NCBI GenBank assembly: GCA_039714075.1
Contig: JBDLKA010000062.1
Coordinates: 1-20,829, forward strand
Direction of reading: 5' to 3'
Length of the DNA: 20,829 bases
From: Candidatus Krumholzibacteriota bacterium
GTDB taxonomy: Bacteria; Krumholzibacteriota; Krumholzibacteriia; LZORAL124-64-63
This document shows, in pieces, positions 16,074 through 20,829 of this stretch. The notes below the pieces were generated by a model. The model saw nothing but the letters and a program-made list of their open reading frames with translations, searched no databases and was not told the DNA's origin. Position 1 is the stretch's first letter; the number at the start of each line of letters is the position of its first letter. Position numbers and translations under genes: made by a program.

Positions 16074-16544
16074 TTATTCAGGACGTAAGTCCAAAAATCT
16101 CGCATCCATATTGAAATCGATTGGGTTTCCGATCTCCAGCCTGGAAAAATCGGGATGGGCCGGATTGAGGAGATGGTTCCAGCCGGTGGGTGCAACCGCT
16201 GTGGGAACCTGGAGAGCCAGGGATGAACCGCTTTCCAGCCACCGGTCCCCGATTCTGCGCAGGGCCGCGGGTCCGGGATGGGACCGCCAGTTGCCCGGCA
16301 GGCCTGCGGCGTCAACCCGGGTTGACATTTCCTCGGGGAAACGGACCGGTATGAACACATAGTGGGAAAGCAGGTACAGTTCCACGTGTGCCAGCATTTC
16401 GAGGATGGCCAGCGCCGAGGATTCCGCCGTGTAGATCACCGGCCTTCCGGGACTGTTCCAGCGTCCCCCCGCGCGGCGGGCCCCTTCGCCGTCGAACGCC
16501 GATTCCAGGTATTTCCTTTTGACCACCCGCCAGGCCCGGAGCAT
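16074..16544 (-). CDS. RES-domain toxin (NAD+ phosphorylase family)
   Basis: FDGEGARRAGGRWNSPG..YTAESSALAILEMLAH..VPTAV..NHLLNPAHPDF. The ATG overlaps the antitoxin stop (TGATG). Confidence 0.93.
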   Translation of the reverse strand: MLRAWRVVKRKYLESAFDGEGARRAGGRWNSPGRPVIYTAESSALAILEMLAHVELYLLSHYVFIPVRFPEEMSTRVDAAGLPGNWRSHPGPAALRRIGDRWLESGSSLALQVPTAVAPTGWNHLLNPAHPDFSRLEIGNPIDFNMDARFLDLRPE

Positions 16545-17041
16545 CAGGCGAACACCCCGTGTTCCAGCCGGTCGATCAGGGCTTCGACTTCGCGGGCGCC
16601 GACTTCGCTCCCCAAAAGGTCCAGCGGCCGCTTGCCGCCCAGACCCACCTGGGGGCGGGCAAGCCACTCCCGCGCGGAGGCGTCATCGCCCTCGAAAAGC
16701 TCCACGGTTTTTCCGAAGACACGGGAAAGCCGGACCAGGCGATCCGATTCGTCTGTTTCCATGCGCTTGTCCGCCCGGCGACGGGCCAGGGTGCGCGGGC
16801 TGATCTGCACCAGGTCGGCGAGCTCCTCCTGGGAGAGATTGATGTTATGTCTCAGGCGGTTGAATGATGCAAAGGACAGGCCATCGTCGATACGGTCGAG
16901 AAGGCGGGGCGTATCGAACTTCCGCAGCCCCAGAAACACGAGATAGGGGTGCGCCGTGCCTGCGTTGGCACAGATGATCTTCCAGAACTTTTTTGTGTCC
17001 GGGAATTGTATTCGGTCGGCCAGGATTCCGGTTTGGGACAT
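16544..17041 (-). CDS. Xre/MbcA/ParS-family antitoxin
   Basis: HTH ISPRTLARR; ESDRLVRLSRVF; AREWLARP..LGGKRPLDLL..GAREVEALIDRLEHGVFA. AAGGGG RBS before ATG 17041. Confidence 0.93.
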   Translation of the reverse strand: MSQTGILADRIQFPDTKKFWKIICANAGTAHPYLVFLGLRKFDTPRLLDRIDDGLSFASFNRLRHNINLSQEELADLVQISPRTLARRRADKRMETDESDRLVRLSRVFGKTVELFEGDDASAREWLARPQVGLGGKRPLDLLGSEVGAREVEALIDRLEHGVFA

Positions 17042-17063
17042 GTCGAACCCCTTTTTCAATGTC

Positions 17064-17106
17064 TGCCATTTGGCATAATTATAACGGCAATTTGGCAAAA
17101 TGTCCA
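17064..17106 (-). promoter_or_regulatory. Xre-RES promoter with two operator boxes
   Basis: On the minus strand: TGGACA (17106-17101), 17 bp, TATAAT (17083-17078). The -10 is flanked by TGCCAAATTGCC (17097-17086) and the palindromic TGCCAAATGGCA (17075-17064), 22 bp apart. Confidence 0.7.
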
Positions 17107-17204
17107 TTGCTGCCAATTGTGTTGCCGGGCCCGGACCATTTGCTAGAATGGCCTTGGGAATTGTCCTCAAGCGTCATGTGACGGCCTCCAGGGAGCGGAA
17201 TCGG

Positions 17205-18095
17205 TTGAACCAGCAGCGCAAAGCCACCCTCTACGGCCTGTCCGCGGTGCTGGTCTGGTCCACCGTGGCCACGGCCTTCAAGCTGTCGCTGCGGCATCTC
17301 GACCATTTCCAGCTGCTGTTTCTGGCGACCGTCTTTTCCCTGGTTTCCCTGGGCGCGGTCCTGGGCTTCCAGGGCAGGTTTCATCTGCTTCTGTGCGGGA
17401 CGCGCCGCCAGTACCGCCTGGTCTTCGGTCTGGGCCTGCTCAACCCCTTCATCTACTACCTGGTTTTGTTCAAGGCCTACGACCTGCTGCCGGCCCAGGT
17501 GGCCCAGCCCCTCAACTACACCTGGGCGCTGACGCTGTCCTGGCTGGCGGTGCCCCTGTTGGGACAGAAGGTCGGCTGGCGGCACGGGGTGGCGGGATTG
17601 ATCTGCTATTTCGGCGTGGTGGTGCTGGCCACGGGCGGCAACCTGACCTCGTTCACGGTGGCCGACCCGCTGGGGGTGGCCCTGGCATTGGGCTCGACCC
17701 TGGTCTGGGCGCTCTACTGGATCGGCAACACGAAAAGCGAGCTCGATCCGGTGGCGGGCCTGTTCCTTGGCTTCGCTTTCGCGCTGCCCTTCGTGACGGG
17801 GACGGTTCTGCTGTTTTCGGATCTGCGGTTCGGCTGGCAGGGACTGCTGGGCGGCGCCTACGTGGGGGCCTTCGAGATGGGCTTCACCTTCGTGCTCTGG
17901 CTTTCGGCCATGCGGCTGACCAGTTCGACCGCGCGCATCGCCAACTTCATTTTCCTGGCGCCGTTTTTGTCCCTGGTGTTCATCCATTTCGTGCTGGGCG
18001 AACACGTGGTGCCCGCCACGATCATCGGGCTGGTGCTGATCGTGGGCGGGCTGATCCTGCAGGGCTCGCGTGGGTCCGGAAAAGGGTCCGGATAG
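17205..18095 (+). CDS. EamA/DMT family transporter
   Basis: About 10 TM segments; LSAVLVWSTVATAFK, YYLVLFKAYDLLPAQVAQPLNYTW and ANFIFLAPFLSL motifs. Probable TTG start at 17205 after GGGAG. Confidence 0.9.
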   Translation: MNQQRKATLYGLSAVLVWSTVATAFKLSLRHLDHFQLLFLATVFSLVSLGAVLGFQGRFHLLLCGTRRQYRLVFGLGLLNPFIYYLVLFKAYDLLPAQVAQPLNYTWALTLSWLAVPLLGQKVGWRHGVAGLICYFGVVVLATGGNLTSFTVADPLGVALALGSTLVWALYWIGNTKSELDPVAGLFLGFAFALPFVTGTVLLFSDLRFGWQGLLGGAYVGAFEMGFTFVLWLSAMRLTSSTARIANFIFLAPFLSLVFIHFVLGEHVVPATIIGLVLIVGGLILQGSRGSGKGSG

Positions 18096-18118
18096 AGGTC
18101 CGGAAAGTAACCCGTTTT

Positions 18119-20443
18119 CTAGCGCCGTCTTCCACCGCCGCCCCGTCGCGCCCCGCCGCCGCGGCTGGGCGACTGCCTTTGCCGCTGGGAGCCTCGGTTG
18201 CGGCTGCTGCGGTCACGGTCGAGTTGTTGCCGGCGGTCCCTGGATGAACGGTCACGGTCCATTTGTTGCCGACGGTCGCGGTCGCTGCGGTCACGATCCA
18301 TCTGTTGCCGGCGATCCCGGTCCGCGCGGTCGCGTTCGACCCGGTCGCGCTCGATCTTCTGCTGACGATCACGCTCGGTCCGGTCCCGTTCCTTCCGATC
18401 CCGTTCCTGCCTGTCCCGTTCCTGCCTGTCTCGTTCCTGTCTGTCCCGATCCCCCTCACGGTCCCTGGCCCACTTGCCGTCTTCCCGCTTCTCCCAGTTG
18501 CCGTCCCGGTCCCGGTAGATATCCCCGTGGCGGTCGGCGTAGACATTGTTCTTCCGGTCACGCCCGGCCGGCGCCGGACGTTTGCCGTCGCGGCGGCGCA
18601 CGTCGCCCGTGCGCTTGACCCCGTTGCTTCGGTTGCGATAGGCGTTGTTGCGGGGCTGGCGCTGGCCCGCGCGGTAACCGGCCCGGTACCCGGCGGCGGC
18701 CCCGCGGTTGTACCCGTGACGGTAGCCACGGTTGTAGCCGTGCCAATAGCCGGCCCGGTAGCCGTAGCGGTAGCCTCCCGCACCCCAGTATCCGTAGTGG
18801 GGGCGGCCCCAGCCCATCCCGATGGACAACCAGCCGTAGCTGACGCCGAAGGAGAATCCCCAGCCCGAGTAGGGACTGTAGTGGACGCCGAACCCGTAGG
18901 TAACCGGGCGCGGATAGTAATAGGCGCCCCACCAGGGCCGGTAATACCACCCGGTTCCGTAGACCACGCAGGGTCCCCACACGTAGGAGCCGTAATAGCC
19001 GGAGGTGTAGCCCACGTAGACCACTTCGGGCGTCGAATCGTAGATGTAGACGTACTTGACGTTGTAGACCGGACAATCCGGGGGCAGATCCTGGACCACG
19101 GCGGGCACCTCGGTGGCGACCCGCCAGGGGCCGGAGGGTCCATTGCCGACGAACCAGACGGCGTTGTCCACGCAGTAGTATACCTGGTCGATCAGCAGCA
19201 CGGATTTATCGGTGTTCAGGGCGTAGGCCACCCCTTCGCCGCAGGCCTCGAACTCGGGATCGCCGTCGTAGGTCACCTCGACGGTGGCGGTCTTGCGGTC
19301 GATCTCCGCAGTCTGGGGAATCTGCGTTTCGAGGATGGCCTCGCGCGACTCGACGGTTCCGGGTACGCTGCCCAGCACGCCGCCCATGTCGGATCCCGCG
19401 GGAATCTTCTCGAAATCCACGGGCAGATCCTCGAAGGAAACAAACTCCCAGGTTTCGTCGGACAGCGAGGCCGTCCGGTACCAGCGGCCCGCGAACAGGG
19501 CGTAGTACTGCTGGCCGGCGATATCCATCAGGACATCGTTCTCGGTATTCTTCAGGTAGAGAAGCTGGGTGTCCTTGATGGTGGCGAAGTCGGGCTCGCC
19601 GTCGGTGATGATCAGTTCGGCCGGCACCGTGGTGACGATGATCTCGGGATCCGGCTCGTCCGCGTCGGCTTCCCGTTCCAGGGCGGCGGCGTCATCCTTC
19701 TGCTCGTCCGCCTGGGCCTGTTCCTCCTCGTCGATCTTCCGCGAAACCTTGGCCACTTCCCCGGGCAGGTCGTCGGTCCGTTTCCAGACGCCGCCGATAT
19801 CATCGCTGACGAACCACATGCCGCTGCCGCGCAGGTAGAAACCGTTCCTCTTGTCCTTGACGATGAAGAAGGCCGAGTTGGCCACGTACTCCAGGTCGAA
19901 TCCGGTCAGGTCGGTGAGAATGGGATCGCCGTCAATGCTGACCAGCACCGTGGGCGCAGTTCGGTGGTAGATGCGCGGAGCATCGCTGCCGTAGTTTTCC
20001 TTTTCACCCTGGTGGTCGGGCAAGGAGGCCAGCAGCCGGTCGAGGGAGATGGTGATGTCCCAGGTGGGTATCTCCTTCTCGAGGAACCGGCTCAGCTCCT
20101 CGACTTTTCCCTGTTCGACCTCCGGGAATTTGGCCGCCGTGACTTTCGTCCGCACCAGGGTGGCCGTGCGCGTTTCCATGTCCGTGGCCAGACGGGATTC
20201 GAACCACATGGCGCCGAAAATCATGCCCTCCTGTCCCGCTTCCTTCAACGAGATCGCCGACCGCGATTCCAGCTTGTCGCCCACGAAGGACTCCACCTGG
20301 GGCTGATAGATGACGACCTCGCCCTTTTCGCCGGTGATCTTGCGGGGCCAGTCCAGTTCGCCTTCTTCGTTCTGGGCCATGGCGCCGCCGGCGGTCAGCA
20401 GGATCAGGGTGGCGGCCAGGAAAAGCACGCGGGATATCTTCAT
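18119..20443 (-). CDS. Large secreted hypothetical protein with acidic N-terminal domains, Gly/Tyr/Trp-rich segment and Asp/Arg low-complexity tail
   Basis: AAGGA RBS before ATG 20443. Signal peptide MKISRVLFLAATLILLTAGGAMA. WPR..YQPQ motif, VVYGTGWYYRPW, GYRxGY repeats and DR repeats. Strong high-GC3 codon usage. Confidence 0.88.
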   Translation of the reverse strand: MKISRVLFLAATLILLTAGGAMAQNEEGELDWPRKITGEKGEVVIYQPQVESFVGDKLESRSAISLKEAGQEGMIFGAMWFESRLATDMETRTATLVRTKVTAAKFPEVEQGKVEELSRFLEKEIPTWDITISLDRLLASLPDHQGEKENYGSDAPRIYHRTAPTVLVSIDGDPILTDLTGFDLEYVANSAFFIVKDKRNGFYLRGSGMWFVSDDIGGVWKRTDDLPGEVAKVSRKIDEEEQAQADEQKDDAAALEREADADEPDPEIIVTTVPAELIITDGEPDFATIKDTQLLYLKNTENDVLMDIAGQQYYALFAGRWYRTASLSDETWEFVSFEDLPVDFEKIPAGSDMGGVLGSVPGTVESREAILETQIPQTAEIDRKTATVEVTYDGDPEFEACGEGVAYALNTDKSVLLIDQVYYCVDNAVWFVGNGPSGPWRVATEVPAVVQDLPPDCPVYNVKYVYIYDSTPEVVYVGYTSGYYGSYVWGPCVVYGTGWYYRPWWGAYYYPRPVTYGFGVHYSPYSGWGFSFGVSYGWLSIGMGWGRPHYGYWGAGGYRYGYRAGYWHGYNRGYRHGYNRGAAAGYRAGYRAGQRQPRNNAYRNRSNGVKRTGDVRRRDGKRPAPAGRDRKNNVYADRHGDIYRDRDGNWEKREDGKWARDREGDRDRQERDRQERDRQERDRKERDRTERDRQQKIERDRVERDRADRDRRQQMDRDRSDRDRRQQMDRDRSSRDRRQQLDRDRSSRNRGSQRQRQSPSRGGGARRGGGGRRR
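18210..18447 (-). repeat. In-frame tandem repeats: 3 x 39 bp (about DRDRRQQMDRDRS) and about 5 x 15 bp (DRQER)
   Basis: 39-bp units start at 18210, 18249 and 18288 (cggtcacg.tc...tgttgccg.cg). 15-bp units such as gtcccgttcctgcct lie at about 18367-18447. Confidence 0.85.
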
Positions 20444-20621
20444 CGGGTTTTCCTTCATCATTGAGAATTCCGTACGAGGTTTTGCCTATTAAATAGTAAC
20501 CGGGTCTTGATAGCCACAGGTTGTTTGGCAAACAGGGGAACGGACGCCAAAGTTCCGATTTTCCACCATTTTCGATTTTTTGACAACTTACTGAAAAAAT
20601 TAGATTTACTTAAGTTTTTTC

Positions 20622-20650
20622 TTGTTCTTTTCGTCATTTGTTCGTATATT
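20622..20650 (+). promoter_or_regulatory. Possible sigma70 promoter
   Basis: TTGTTC, 17 bp, TATATT in the very AT-rich divergent intergenic region upstream of ATG 20689. Confidence 0.3.
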
Positions 20651-20688
20651 GATTGCACCTCCCATGCACCCAACCCTGGAGGTATATC

Positions 20689-20829
20689 ATGTCCGCTGTT
20701 TCCTATGTTTCCGGTCAACCCGCCGCTCAGGTCCACGCTTCCCTGAAGCATTCCCTGGCCGCCTTGGATCATGCCCGTCAGTGCGCCGTTTTGTGGTTCG
20801 GCGAGATCATGCGGCGCCGTTTGTTTCGT
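20689..20829 (+). CDS. 5' end of a gene running off the window, possibly DUF222-like/HNH endonuclease family
   Basis: Strong GGAGGT RBS; MSAVSYVSGQPAAQVHASLKHSLAALDHARQCAVLWFGEIMRRRLFR is open to the window end. The CAVLWF.EI..R.L.R segment resembles, from recollection, N-termini of DUF222-like HNH proteins. No HNH motif is visible in the window. Confidence 0.6.
   Translation, partial: MSAVSYVSGQPAAQVHASLKHSLAALDHARQCAVLWFGEIMRRRLFR

Noticed and set aside
16037..16360. N-terminal extensions in the ORF track for the barrel (16360), RES (16667), Xre (17170), EamA (17100) and AbrB (1305)
   Set aside because: They overlap neighbouring genes or promoters; downstream starts have better RBS and family-typical N-termini.
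18072..18106. Three GGTCCGGA copies at the EamA 3' end
   Set aside because: Very short local duplication across the stop codon; no evidence of function.
18263..20464. 733-aa plus-strand ORF
   Set aside because: Antisense shadow of the high-GC3 minus-strand gene; no motifs, RBS or signal peptide.

Overview
GC-rich bacterial DNA, probably from an FCB-superphylum lineage such as Krumholzibacteria/Latescibacteria. This is inferred from FlgD-Ig/T9SS-like C-terminal domains, WGxVK tails and a PorV-like barrel. The left half (1-10.1 kb) is an envelope/secretome region. It holds a lipoprotein multiheme cytochrome c with at least 6 hemes (missed by the ORF track, runs off the left edge), an AbrB/MazE-Doc toxin-antitoxin pair, two unrelated proteins ending in a shared WGxVKxx[YF]R tail, a DUF6812-like protein, and two large LVIVD beta-propeller proteins with FlgD-Ig C-termini. 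The right half holds a GT-C-like membrane protein, a translationally coupled glpX-like + SulP-STAS-rhodanese operon, a PorV/UPF0164-like barrel, a Xre-RES toxin-antitoxin pair, an EamA transporter, a secreted protein with a Gly/Tyr-rich and Asp/Arg-repeat tail, and the 5' end of a possible HNH-family gene. Two signals stand out. First, both the GlpX and the rhodanese domain lack their catalytic residues, suggesting a pseudoenzyme sensor-transporter module. Second, the WGxVK tail is a candidate short C-terminal sorting signal found alongside CTD-bearing cargo and a PorV-like gene. All assignments come from reading motifs by eye; no searches were run.
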